Shown: positions 9,565-19,620 of the stretch, piece by piece
Numbering within the stretch: position 1 is the first letter of the stretch
Layout of the letters: each line of letters begins with the position of its first letter
DNA from: Verrucomicrobiota bacterium
Lineage (GTDB): Bacteria > Verrucomicrobiota > Verrucomicrobiia > Opitutales > Seribacteraceae
Direction: 5' to 3'
Length of the DNA stretch: 64,000 bases
Assembly: GCA_027622665.1 (NCBI GenBank)
Contig: JAQBYT010000002.1
Location: 128,001 to 192,000, forward strand
Position numbers and translations under genes: made by a program
Notes under the pieces: model-generated
Databases searched by the model: none
Told to the model about the DNA's origin: nothing
What the model saw: only the letters and a program-made list of their open reading frames with translations

Positions 9565-11442
9565 ATGAAGAACCTTTTTGGAGTTTTTGTTGTTGGGCTT
9601 CTTCTCACCTTCTCGTTGGAAGCGCGCCCAAACGTCATACTGGTCTTTATCGACGACATGGGGTGGGGGGATTTCTCCTGCTTCGGCAACAAAGCGGCCC
9701 AGACTCCGAATGTTGACCGGATGGCCAGAGAAGGTGTGCGTTTCGAGCAGTTTTACGTCAACTCACCAATCTGCTCGTCATCACGCACGGCCATTTCTAC
9801 GGGTCAGTATCCCCAGCGCTGGCGCATAACCTCTTACCTCAGCAACCGTAACCATAATGAGCAACGCGGCATGGCCCAATGGCTTGATCCAAAGGCTCCC
9901 ATGCTTGCTCGCTCCCTTAAGGAGGCTGGTTACGCTACGGGGCATTTCGGCAAATGGCACATGGGCGGGCAGCGCAACGTGGTCGACGCCCCACCCATCA
10001 CTGCCTACGGGTTCGACGCTTCCCTGACCAATTTCGAGGGCATGGGCCCCAAGCTCTTGCCACTCACTCTCAAGCCCGGGCAGGACCCCGAGAAACCGGG
10101 CCGTATATGGGGTGATGCCGAGCGTTTGGGCAAGGGTGTTCGCTGGATGCAGCGGTCAAAGATCACCGAAGGGTTCGTTGACGAAGCCATTCCCTTCATG
10201 AGGAAAGCGGCCAAGGCCAAGAAACCGTTTTACGTCAACCTTTGGCCGGATGACGTCCACAGCCCGTTTTGGCCCCCTGTTGACAAGTGGGGCAACGGAA
10301 AGCGCGAACTGTTTCTCTCGGTGCTTCGGGAAATGGATCGCCAGTTCGGGAAGCTTTTTGATTTCATTCGAGATGATGAGGCCTTGCGGAAAAATACCTT
10401 GGTTCTCATTTGTTCCGATAACGGTCCCGAGCAGGGAGCTGGAGTCGCGGGTCCCTTCCGGGGTTACAAGACGCATCTCTATGAAGGCGGAGTTCGTTCC
10501 TCGCTCATAGCCTGGGGCCCGGGTTTGGTCGCAAGGAAGAATTACATAAACCGCACCTCGGTATTTTCAGCCATCGACCTGGTGCCAACCCTTTTGGACA
10601 TTACTGGTTCACCGCATCCTGTTGGCGCCAAATATGATGGGGAATCATTGGCCCCCATACTTCTTGGTCAATCGGCTGCTTCGCGCCAGGCACCGATATA
10701 TTTCCGCCGCCCGCCTGATCGAGATGCCTTCTATGGCGACAACGACCTTCCGGATTTGGCGATCCGGGATGGGAAATGGAAATTTCTCTGTGAGTATGAT
10801 GGCAGTGAGCCTGAACTCTTCGATATGGAAAAAGATCGGGGAGAGACGAACAACCTAGCCGAACCCAAGCCCGAGTTGGTCAAGGCGATGACCGCGAAAC
10901 TGCTCGAATGGAATAAGGGTATGCCTGCGGACAAGGGTCTGGAATTAGGGAGGGACGCGCCGAAGAGGGGCAGGACTAAACCGATGCAGAAGAAGGTCTA
11001 CGATTTGAAGCAGGGTGACAATCTCTCGGACGGCAATGCCCCGGTTTGCGCGGGTCGCAAAGTGACCATAGACGCCACCATTGAGAGCAGCGGTAAAGAC
11101 GGAGTGATCCTTGCGCAGGGCGGGGACAAGGCGGGTTATGCACTCTATATACGGGATGGGAAACTTGTCCTTGGCGTACGCCGCGACTGGAAGCTGACGG
11201 AAGCGGTCACGTCCGCGCTCCCCTCAGGGAGCAGTATCGTGGTCGCGGCGACGATCGGACAGACGGGGAAGATGACGATATCATTGGCCGGCAAGCAAGT
11301 GGCCACGGCGGACGCCAAGGGCACGCTCACACAGCCGGGAGATGGTCTCCAGGTTGGCGACGACCTGATCAAGCCCGTCGGCAAGTACACCGCCACCAAG
11401 TTTCCCGGAAAGATCACCAAACTCAACCTGCAGTTTGATTAG
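9565..11442 (+). CDS. Sulfatase (S1 family) with C-terminal LamG-like module
   Basis: Signal peptide, PNVILVFIDDMGWGD, CSSSRTAISTG (non-canonical signature), GKWHMG, SDNG, LYEGGVR; C-terminal GVILAQGG..GYALYIRDGK. Confidence 0.9.
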   Translation: MKNLFGVFVVGLLLTFSLEARPNVILVFIDDMGWGDFSCFGNKAAQTPNVDRMAREGVRFEQFYVNSPICSSSRTAISTGQYPQRWRITSYLSNRNHNEQRGMAQWLDPKAPMLARSLKEAGYATGHFGKWHMGGQRNVVDAPPITAYGFDASLTNFEGMGPKLLPLTLKPGQDPEKPGRIWGDAERLGKGVRWMQRSKITEGFVDEAIPFMRKAAKAKKPFYVNLWPDDVHSPFWPPVDKWGNGKRELFLSVLREMDRQFGKLFDFIRDDEALRKNTLVLICSDNGPEQGAGVAGPFRGYKTHLYEGGVRSSLIAWGPGLVARKNYINRTSVFSAIDLVPTLLDITGSPHPVGAKYDGESLAPILLGQSAASRQAPIYFRRPPDRDAFYGDNDLPDLAIRDGKWKFLCEYDGSEPELFDMEKDRGETNNLAEPKPELVKAMTAKLLEWNKGMPADKGLELGRDAPKRGRTKPMQKKVYDLKQGDNLSDGNAPVCAGRKVTIDATIESSGKDGVILAQGGDKAGYALYIRDGKLVLGVRRDWKLTEAVTSALPSGSSIVVAATIGQTGKMTISLAGKQVATADAKGTLTQPGDGLQVGDDLIKPVGKYTATKFPGKITKLNLQFD

Positions 11443-11510
11443 GCTCAATTTGCCGCTTTTACATTCCACTTACCTTGATGAATAGACAAATGTGTTTGCC
11501 CGGAAGGATC

Positions 11511-12398
11511 ATGTTCCAGCCCACGTACCTTATACTGTCGCTTATTATTCTGCTGACTGCTGGGCTGAACGCCCAAGCCGGCGATCCGATTCGCGTCTGG
11601 CCGGGGGAAGCTCCCGACGAACCCGCGGGGATCGAGGCAAAAAAAGCCAAGGCCGTTACGGGTTCCGATGGGGTAATCAGGATTCCTTACGTAGATACTC
11701 CGGAACTCTTTCATTTTCCGGCACAGCCCGACAAGGCGACAGGCACTTGCATCATCGTTTGCCCTGGTGGTGGATACGGCAAACTGGCATGGAACAAGGA
11801 GGGCACAGAGGTCGCCGCCTGGTTGAACACCTTGGGTGTGGAGGTCGTCGTGCTCAAGTACCGGGTGCCGCGCCGCGATCGTGAAAAACCGCATTCTTGG
11901 CCCCTGCAGGATCTCCAGCGATCCATCCGCATCGTTCGCTCCAAAGCGTCTCAATGGAAGATCGACGTCGACCGCGTGGGCGTCATGGGCTTCAGCGCCG
12001 GTGGACACCTCTGTGCCATGGCCTCCTCCTATTATGGTGAACAATCTTATAAGCCGGTCGATGTAATCGACAAACTGGACGCCCGGCCCAGTTTCGTGAG
12101 TTTGGTCTATCCAGCATACCTAGGCAATGTCCGTCAGGATTCCTCCAAGCTTGACTCGTTGGTCAAGATTGACGCGAAGACTCCCCCGACTTTTATCGCC
12201 ATCACCCATGACGATGGCGACCGAGGAATCTTCGCCGCTCTCTATTACGCTGAGCTCAAGCGTCATGGCGTGCCGGCAGAACTTCATATCTACAGCAAAG
12301 GTGGACATGGCTACGGCCTCCGCCCCAGTCCCCACCCGGTTTCCACTTGGCCGGCCCGCATGGAAGACTGGTTACGGGTTTGTGGTTGGTTGAAATGA
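11511..12398 (+). CDS. Alpha/beta hydrolase (acetyl/feruloyl esterase-like)
   Basis: Signal peptide; CPGGGY; GFSAGG nucleophile elbow; GGHGYG. Confidence 0.88.
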   Translation: MFQPTYLILSLIILLTAGLNAQAGDPIRVWPGEAPDEPAGIEAKKAKAVTGSDGVIRIPYVDTPELFHFPAQPDKATGTCIIVCPGGGYGKLAWNKEGTEVAAWLNTLGVEVVVLKYRVPRRDREKPHSWPLQDLQRSIRIVRSKASQWKIDVDRVGVMGFSAGGHLCAMASSYYGEQSYKPVDVIDKLDARPSFVSLVYPAYLGNVRQDSSKLDSLVKIDAKTPPTFIAITHDDGDRGIFAALYYAELKRHGVPAELHIYSKGGHGYGLRPSPHPVSTWPARMEDWLRVCGWLK

Positions 12399-12402
12399 TA
12401 AG

Positions 12403-12837
12403 GTGAAACTGACTCCATTCCATTTGGCCGTACAAGTACGCGACGTCGATGAGGCGCGTGATTTTTATGGTCGTAAGATGGGTTTCCCCGAGGGCAGGAG
12501 CACCGATGCATGGATTGATTTCGACATGTTCGGTCACCAGTTCGTCACCCACCTGAATCCGCAAATCGGGAAGGATGGACAGGTGGTCTCAATCGCCAAT
12601 CCGGTCGATGGGCATGCCGTCCCCGTACCTCATTTCGGAGTAGTCCTAACCTTCGAGGATTGGGAGCAGTTGGCGGAAAGAGTGAAGGAGTTTATTCCGG
12701 AGTTCATCATCGATCCCTACATTCGTTTCCAAGGGCAAGCGGGAGAGCAAGGCACCATGTTTTTTTGCGACCCCTCGGGCAATGCCCTTGAATTCAAGGG
12801 GTTTCACGATATCGAGTCGGAATTGTTTGCCAAATAA
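12403..12837 (+). CDS. VOC/glyoxalase family protein
   Basis: PFHLAVQV, WIDFDMFGHQ, VPVPHFGVVL, DPSGNALEFK. Confidence 0.88.
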   Translation: MKLTPFHLAVQVRDVDEARDFYGRKMGFPEGRSTDAWIDFDMFGHQFVTHLNPQIGKDGQVVSIANPVDGHAVPVPHFGVVLTFEDWEQLAERVKEFIPEFIIDPYIRFQGQAGEQGTMFFCDPSGNALEFKGFHDIESELFAK

Positions 12838-12887
12838 TCCTCAGTCCGCATCAACTCGAAAGAGAAATCCACCCTTCACGCTCCTTC

Positions 12888-13157
12888 GTGACCTCGATTA
12901 TTTCCCAGTCCCCTAACTTGATCTGCGAGCAGACCTGCAAGTTCGCTCTCGATGGATACGATCTCGTGGTCACGGCCGAAGCGTTGCCGAGTGAACGCGA
13001 TCAAAATTTCCGATTTCAGGCCGAGGATGGAAGCGTCTTTGTCCTGAAGATTGCCAATGGCGAAGAAGACCGCTCTTTTCTGGAAGCTCAAAATCAGGTG
13101 ATGTTCAGGCTCCGGGAACGGAACATAGCCTATTGTCCGCACCTAGGCTATCCATGA
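12888..13157 (+). pseudogene. N-terminal fragment of an aminoglycoside-phosphotransferase/hydroxylysine-kinase-like gene
   Basis: ALPSERDQNFRF...FVLKIAN..E...FLEAQN is typical of this family's N-lobe, but the ORF stops at 89 aa without the HxD catalytic motif. Confidence 0.7.
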
Positions 13158-13289
13158 ACTTTCCCGCGATTCAATCGATCGACGATTGCCACGAGGCATA
13201 ATCAACTCAAAGTTTTGCCAACCTTTCCGTCCTGCCGCCGGAAGCCTTGTTCTCATAACCCTTTAAGATTCTTGCCCTCAAATCCCAAC

Positions 13290-14702
13290 ATGAAAATGAA
13301 ACGACTCCTCCTTGTTGCCCTTGCCTTCTCTTTTGCGGCAATGTCCTTTGTCTCCGCTCAAGCCGCCACCACGCCTAACGTCATCATCATCATGGCGGAC
13401 GACCAGGGTTACGAGGACCTCGGTTGCTTCGGGTCGCCCAAGATCAAGACGCCCCATATCGACCGTATGGCCAAGGAAGGCATGCGTTTCACTGATTTTT
13501 ACTCGGGAGCTTCGGTCTGCACACCTTCGCGGGCGGCTCTTCTTACTGGTTGCTACGCCAGTCGGGTGGGCAACCTGGGCGTTCTCTTTCCGCGCGACAA
13601 GCGGGGTCTCAATCCGGACGAAATCACCATCGCGGACTTACTGAAGACCAAGGGTTACGCCACCGCATGCATCGGGAAGTGGCACCTCGGTCACCTCAAG
13701 GAGTTCCTGCCCACCAGCCAAGGTTTCGACACTTACTTCGGCGTTCCCTACAGCAACGACATGACCCTCGATCCAACCCAACCCCTGGCCAACGACGTCG
13801 TTTTACGGGAAGGGGTCACCCTGGAAAATATCAAAAACCGGGTGAAGAAAAACCTCGTTCCGCTCATGCGCGATACCAAGATCATCGAATACCCCGCCGA
13901 CCAGAATACCCTGACCAAGCGTTACACCGAGGAAGCCATTTCCTTTATCAAGAAGAACAAGGAGAAGCCCTTCTTCATCTACCTGCCCCACACCATGCCG
14001 CACATCCCCCTCTATGCCACTCCGCCCTTCGAAGGCAAAAGCGAGATCGGACTCTACGGTGACACCATCGAGGAACTCGATTGGTCGACCGGGCAAATTC
14101 TCGAGACCCTCCGCAATCTGAAGCTCGCCGAGAACACTCTGGTGGTCTACACCTCCGATAACGGTCCCTGGAAGCTGGCCACCAGCTCGTGGGTCAAGGG
14201 CAACGTGAACCGTCGGGTCGGGGGCTTTGCTCATCCTTTGCGGGGCTACAAATTTTCCCGATTCGAGGGCGGTATGCGCGTGCCCACCGTGATGTGGTGG
14301 CCGGGTCGAATCCCCGCTGGCAAGGAATGTGGCGAAGTGGCCGCCAGCATGGACTTTCTACCGACCTGCGCGGCGATCGCCGGGGCGAAGCTGCCTGATG
14401 ATCGTGTGATCGACGGCAAGAGCCTGCTCCCTTTGTTGGAAGCCCGCAAAGGAGCCAAAAGCCCGCACGAGGCATTCTTCTACCGTACCGAGGCAGTGCG
14501 AAGCGGAAAATGGAAACTGAAGAGGAACGAACTCTACAACTTGGAGGAGGACATTGGGGAAACCAAGAACCTCGCCGGAGGCAACCCCGAGGTCGTCAAG
14601 CGCCTCGGGGGTTATTTGTCCGCCCACAAGGAGGACTTGGCCAAGAACACACGGCCCGCGGGTGGCCCGCCCAAACAGCCCCGCAAGAAAAAGAAAAAGT
14701 AA
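13290..14702 (+). CDS. Sulfatase (arylsulfatase A-like)
   Basis: PNVIIIMADDQGY, CTPSRAALLTG, GKWHLG, SDNGPW, FEGGMRVP; basic tail PRKKKKK. Confidence 0.93.
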   Translation: MKMKRLLLVALAFSFAAMSFVSAQAATTPNVIIIMADDQGYEDLGCFGSPKIKTPHIDRMAKEGMRFTDFYSGASVCTPSRAALLTGCYASRVGNLGVLFPRDKRGLNPDEITIADLLKTKGYATACIGKWHLGHLKEFLPTSQGFDTYFGVPYSNDMTLDPTQPLANDVVLREGVTLENIKNRVKKNLVPLMRDTKIIEYPADQNTLTKRYTEEAISFIKKNKEKPFFIYLPHTMPHIPLYATPPFEGKSEIGLYGDTIEELDWSTGQILETLRNLKLAENTLVVYTSDNGPWKLATSSWVKGNVNRRVGGFAHPLRGYKFSRFEGGMRVPTVMWWPGRIPAGKECGEVAASMDFLPTCAAIAGAKLPDDRVIDGKSLLPLLEARKGAKSPHEAFFYRTEAVRSGKWKLKRNELYNLEEDIGETKNLAGGNPEVVKRLGGYLSAHKEDLAKNTRPAGGPPKQPRKKKKK

Positions 14703-14872
14703 GGGCTCGGCGATAGACAGAGACATTTGGTTTTCGGCAGGCTGTTTGCCAAGGAGATCGTTGTGTTGCATCCAACGGCAATCGGTTTCCATTTATAATC
14801 GTCTTAAATATGGTTTTCTCGTCTATTTATCTTAGTGCTTTCCTATAATCGTATCTGGACTGGAGCAGGATT

Positions 14873-17800
14873 TTGAGGATTTCCCATTTAGCTGTTCTTG
14901 CGACATGGGCCAATGCCTGCTTGTTTGGAGCGACCCATTCGGGCCAAGCTGTCGAATTTACCGTCGAGACGGGAGCTGAATTCAAAACAGGGGTAAATCA
15001 AGACGACTTGTTGGAAGGAGTTCCCTTTCATTCCAACCTTGAGCTGACGGCGGGAGACTTTTACAAAATGACCGACGGATTGGGGAGCAAGCCGAATGAA
15101 TCCTTCCGCACTTTTGCCCATGATGGCGTCGAGGACTGGGTGATCACTTTCTCTAAACTCAAGATCGTGGAAGTTGAGGAGATCCGAGTATTTTCTTGGA
15201 ACGGCGATCATCGAGCTCAACAAGATTTCGACGTTGCCTACAGCGTAGACCGTGGGAAAACCTTCGTTCCTCTGGCCAAGCGAATCGTAGCCCCAAAAAA
15301 TGGAGCCTGTAACTTGACTAGCATTCCTTGCATGGTCGGCGAAGTGACCGACCTTAGGTTTGTCTTCCGCAATCCCGGAAACAACATCCACCACTCATCT
15401 ATACTTGAGATTGATGCCATCGGCACACCCTTGGTTGAGAAGCCGGGTTTCGCCGAGGCCAGAAAAGCTGGTCTGGCAAATTCCGCCTTGCTTGCAAAAA
15501 GGGAAACTGCCGGGCGTCAAGCAAGTGGTTCGAGTGGGGAATCGGCCAAACCGAATTTAGCCGAATTCAAGTCATCCATTGAACCTGCCTTAAAAAAAAC
15601 CTGCGTCGGATGCCACGGACCAGAAAAACAGAAAGGTAAATTTCGAATCGACACCCTCAACCCTGACTTGATCAAAGGCGACGACAAGGATTGGTGGTTG
15701 GAAGTCATGGATGTGCTGAGTAACCGCGAAATGCCTCCGGAGGATGAAGGAGTGGACTTTTCTGACGAAGACCGGGCAGCAACCATTGATTGGCTTGCCG
15801 GAGAAATTCAACATGCTTCCCAAGTAGCTCGGAGCGAGAAGGGGCGCTCTTCGTTTCGCCGCCTGACCCGTTACGAATACAACTACGCTCTCCAAGACTT
15901 GCTGGGTTTGCCCTGGTCTATGGCCAAAACCCTGCCTCCGGAAACCGCATCGGAGGATGGCTTTAAAAACAGTTCTGAATTGTTGCAGATGTCTCCCATG
16001 CAATTCCGAATCTATCGCGAAATCGGGTTGAATGCTTTGAAGCGCGCAACGGTAATTGGCGAACGCCCCAAGCCTGTTACCTACGTTGTTTCGATGAAGG
16101 AAGAGTTTGATAAGATGGCCTCGAACCAAAAGACAAAATTCTTCAACACGGGGGACAAAAGCTATGAAAAGAGCCGGAAATCAATTCACCTTTTGAACAC
16201 TCAGAGCGGCCAGGGCACTCATTACAAGACCGGGAAATTGGCGCCGAAACCTGATGCCGTTGCGGGCCTAACACCTACGCGCAATCCGGTTTTTATGGCA
16301 CTGCCAAGGTCCGCTGAACTGAAATGGAATCTGGACCGTTTTCTTCCCGACGAAGGTGTTATGCGGGTTAGTCTTCGTGCCTGGCGTTCGTCCGACAACC
16401 CGGAAGAGTATGCACGCCTACGTTTGGGTTTAAGTGCCCATACCAGTAATAACGCCAACTTTTCCAACATTATAAGCGAACGGGATATCCCTGTCACCGG
16501 ATCGGTGGACAAACCCCAATTTATTCATTTCGACATATATCTCGCAGACATCCAGCGTAACCCTTTTCGAAAGCTTACAGCGACGTTTCCCACCCGGGAT
16601 GAATTCCTACATATTCACAACATCTCGAATGCTCATGGCAAGGAACCCCTTCAAGTTCTTGTTGATCACATTGAAATCAGTGCACCGTTTTACGCACAAT
16701 GGCCGTCTAGGACGCACACGAATATTTTTTTCGACAGTAAAAATAAAGAAAACGAGGGAAAATACGGCAGTGAAGTTCTTGCCCGGTTTATAGGGCGTGC
16801 TTGGGGGCGCCCGGCCACCTCACTGGAGGTCGGCCGTTTCATGGGCTTGTTTGCAAAATACCGGCCGGAGTTTCAGACCCTCGAAGAGGCGATGCAGGAA
16901 GTCTTGGCAACCGTTCTGGTGCATCCTGAGTTTCTTTACCTGACTCAATACGTCGCAGAGAATGCAAAAGTTGGCCCAACGCGGATCAGTGACCATGAAT
17001 TGGCAAGACGCCTTTCGGTATTTCTATGGTCGAGTATTCCTGATGCCGAACTGCAACAACTTGCTGAACAAGGAAAGCTCAAGGAACCTAAAATCCTTGA
17101 AGCTCAGGTCAAACGCATGTTGACAGACACTCGTTCTAAACGGTTTACTCAGCATTTCGTGCAGCAATGGCTTGGCCTGGATGGTCTGGATAGTGTGACA
17201 CATGTCACAGACGATGATCTGAAGGAAGCCATGCAGGAAGAACCTGTCGCCTTTTTTGAGAATGTGTTGAAACACAACCTCAGTGTTCTCGACTTCATCC
17301 ATTCGGACTACGCAATAGTCAATGAGAAGTTGGCGAAGCACTATGGGATCAAGGATATACATGGCTTTCATTTTCGTAAAGTTCCCACCGAACCAAAACT
17401 GAACCGTGGCGGTCTTTTGACAGGTTCTGCCGTTCTTGCGATGAACTCCGATGGCAAGGATTCCCATCCTCTTAAACGCGGGGTCTGGTTGCTGGAACGC
17501 ATTCTTAATGATCCACCACCACCTCCTCCACCAAATGTACCGGAAGTAGACCTTGCGGATCCGGAAATCCAAAAAATGACCTTGAAAGAACGGATTGCCA
17601 ACCACCGAAATGATCCAGCTTGCTATTCTTGCCACGCAAGAATTGATCCTTGGGGAATCGCGTTTGAAAATTATGATGCTCTGGGTTCCTACCGCACCAA
17701 GTTCAATAATAAGCCGGTCGATGCCACTTCCAATCTTTTCAATAAGCAGGCCTTGGAAGGAATGAAGGGATTGAAGCGATATCTACTCAAGGAAAGACAA

Positions 17801-17977
17801 GATCAATTTGCCCGTGCCATGGTGCACAAAATGACTGCCTATGCACTTGGTCGCCATCTTTCTTTTTCAGATCATGCCGACGTGGAAGACCTGACGAAAA
17901 AGTTCAGAAAAAAGGGAGATCGCCTGGGTGATTTGATCCACTTGCTTACCCAAAGCACCATTTTTAACTCGAAATAA
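14873..17977 (+). CDS. DUF1592-type cytochrome c protein (PSCyt1-DUF1587-DUF1595-DUF1592-DUF1588-DUF1585) with N-terminal discoidin-like domain
   Basis: CVGCH and CYSCH heme motifs; RRLTRYEYNYALQDLLG; ARRLSVFLWSSIPD; RGVWLLERILNDPPPPPPPNVP; YALGR. Start codon uncertain. Confidence 0.9.
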   Translation: MRISHLAVLATWANACLFGATHSGQAVEFTVETGAEFKTGVNQDDLLEGVPFHSNLELTAGDFYKMTDGLGSKPNESFRTFAHDGVEDWVITFSKLKIVEVEEIRVFSWNGDHRAQQDFDVAYSVDRGKTFVPLAKRIVAPKNGACNLTSIPCMVGEVTDLRFVFRNPGNNIHHSSILEIDAIGTPLVEKPGFAEARKAGLANSALLAKRETAGRQASGSSGESAKPNLAEFKSSIEPALKKTCVGCHGPEKQKGKFRIDTLNPDLIKGDDKDWWLEVMDVLSNREMPPEDEGVDFSDEDRAATIDWLAGEIQHASQVARSEKGRSSFRRLTRYEYNYALQDLLGLPWSMAKTLPPETASEDGFKNSSELLQMSPMQFRIYREIGLNALKRATVIGERPKPVTYVVSMKEEFDKMASNQKTKFFNTGDKSYEKSRKSIHLLNTQSGQGTHYKTGKLAPKPDAVAGLTPTRNPVFMALPRSAELKWNLDRFLPDEGVMRVSLRAWRSSDNPEEYARLRLGLSAHTSNNANFSNIISERDIPVTGSVDKPQFIHFDIYLADIQRNPFRKLTATFPTRDEFLHIHNISNAHGKEPLQVLVDHIEISAPFYAQWPSRTHTNIFFDSKNKENEGKYGSEVLARFIGRAWGRPATSLEVGRFMGLFAKYRPEFQTLEEAMQEVLATVLVHPEFLYLTQYVAENAKVGPTRISDHELARRLSVFLWSSIPDAELQQLAEQGKLKEPKILEAQVKRMLTDTRSKRFTQHFVQQWLGLDGLDSVTHVTDDDLKEAMQEEPVAFFENVLKHNLSVLDFIHSDYAIVNEKLAKHYGIKDIHGFHFRKVPTEPKLNRGGLLTGSAVLAMNSDGKDSHPLKRGVWLLERILNDPPPPPPPNVPEVDLADPEIQKMTLKERIANHRNDPACYSCHARIDPWGIAFENYDALGSYRTKFNNKPVDATSNLFNKQALEGMKGLKRYLLKERQDQFARAMVHKMTAYALGRHLSFSDHADVEDLTKKFRKKGDRLGDLIHLLTQSTIFNSK

Positions 17978-18020
17978 TTGGCCTTTAGGCTATTACATAT
18001 TAAGGAAAGTTTAACTGACA

Positions 18021-19421
18021 ATGAATGATAAACCAAACACTTTGGGCCGTAGAACCTTTTTACGTGGCACTGGCATCGCCCTTTCTTTGCCTTGGTTCGA
18101 AACATTTGGTGCTGGAAATCAAACTGCCAACAACACACCAAAACGTTTTGTCAGCATTTACCACCCGGATGGAGTGGGCGTCCCCCTCAAGGAAGACCCG
18201 GCTTGGAAGGATTGGAGTTGGTTCCCTCATGGCGGGGAAAAGGATTTCGAATTAACCAAAGTGCTGGACGTTCTTGAGCCCTTGCGCAGTGACGTCACGG
18301 TTTATGCAGGTCTCTCCCATCCTGCAGTAAGGCGGGTCCACGGGCATTCCAATGCCGACCAGTATCTTACGGGTGCGGACACCCAAGGACATGGTCCTTA
18401 CAAGAATTCAATTTCCCTGGATCAGGTCTACGCCGAATCCATCGGTGAGTATACCCGGCATGCTTCCCTGGTCATGTCCACAAATGGTGGCATCGGCGGT
18501 CCTCGTGGCGCCCAAACCCAGTCCTTTAACCGGGAAGGTCGCCCCATTCCGGCGCTGAATAAGCCCAAGCAAATTTTCGACATGCTTTTTGTCGCCGGCA
18601 ACCGGGATGCGGCAGCGAGGTTGGGAAGGAGCAAAAGTGCCCTGGATCTCCTGATTGAAGATTCCCGATCCCTCGGAAGAAAACTTTCCAAGCACGACCA
18701 AGGCACTCTCCAGCAGTATCTTGACTCGGTTAGGGATACCGAGGTGAAACTGACCAAAGCCCAGCAATGGATGGATGCTCCCCTGTCAAAGGTGGATTCC
18801 TCAAGTCTGCACCTAGAAGCTGGTCCGAAAGAGGCCAAGCAATATTTTCAGACCATGTATGATTTGATCTATCTTGCCTTTTTGAGCGACTCCACCCGTG
18901 TGGCGACTTTTCAATTGGGAAGGGAGAACGGGGGAGGTCCGCACGATTTGCTTTCCAAGGCTGTGGATTTGGATAATGCACATGGTCTGACCCATTCCGT
19001 CAAGAATAAGAACGGCTGGCAAAACCTTGGAACCTACAACCGTTATCAGGCGGAGGAGTTTGGTCGATTTGTGAAGAAACTCAAGGATACGACCGAGCCA
19101 AGTGGCGAAGGTAACATGCTGGACAATACTTTTGCCATGCATGGTTCCGCATCCAGTAGTTTTCATCTGTCCCGAAATTATCCCATAATTTCAGCCGGGG
19201 GAAAAAATCTCGGTTTTGCCAATGGACGTTATCTCAATTTTGTTGGTCTCCAGGAGGATGGCAGTTTGCCTGGTGCCGGAGTTACCAGTGATTCAGGATG
19301 GAATAGTAAAGTGGTGGAAGAAGAACCTCCGCTTGCGAAGCTGTTCGTGAGCATCCTGCAGAGGCTCGGGGTCGAAACCGATTCATTTGCTGGATATTCC
19401 GGGGCCTTGGCACGGGTTTAA
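18021..19421 (+). CDS. DUF1552 family protein, Tat-exported
   Basis: GRRTFLRGTGIALSLPW; ISLDQ; YLDSVRDTE; DSTRVATF; NMLDNT. Confidence 0.88.
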   Translation: MNDKPNTLGRRTFLRGTGIALSLPWFETFGAGNQTANNTPKRFVSIYHPDGVGVPLKEDPAWKDWSWFPHGGEKDFELTKVLDVLEPLRSDVTVYAGLSHPAVRRVHGHSNADQYLTGADTQGHGPYKNSISLDQVYAESIGEYTRHASLVMSTNGGIGGPRGAQTQSFNREGRPIPALNKPKQIFDMLFVAGNRDAAARLGRSKSALDLLIEDSRSLGRKLSKHDQGTLQQYLDSVRDTEVKLTKAQQWMDAPLSKVDSSSLHLEAGPKEAKQYFQTMYDLIYLAFLSDSTRVATFQLGRENGGGPHDLLSKAVDLDNAHGLTHSVKNKNGWQNLGTYNRYQAEEFGRFVKKLKDTTEPSGEGNMLDNTFAMHGSASSSFHLSRNYPIISAGGKNLGFANGRYLNFVGLQEDGSLPGAGVTSDSGWNSKVVEEEPPLAKLFVSILQRLGVETDSFAGYSGALARV

Positions 19422-19620
19422 AAAGAGTGTGGTAAACGGGAGAGACGTTCAACGTTCACCGAAATATCCCAAGCGACCTTATTGGACGGCGTGGTGAAGT
19501 TGTTTGCCGAGCAAACTTTCAGGATCAAATTTTTCCTCGTTGGAGAAATGAAATAATTTCGATATACAGATTATCTAGATTTTCTTTCTCGCTGAAACGT
19601 AGTTTTACCCTTTCTTACAA

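Noticed and set aside
14886..14906. Third, reverse-strand copy of the ATGTCGCAA motif
   Set aside because: It lies within a probable signal-peptide coding region and its spacing is off by one; likely chance.
17512..17535. CCN low-complexity run
   Set aside because: Encodes the conserved poly-Pro motif of DUF1588 (also at ~36968-36986); not an independent repeat.
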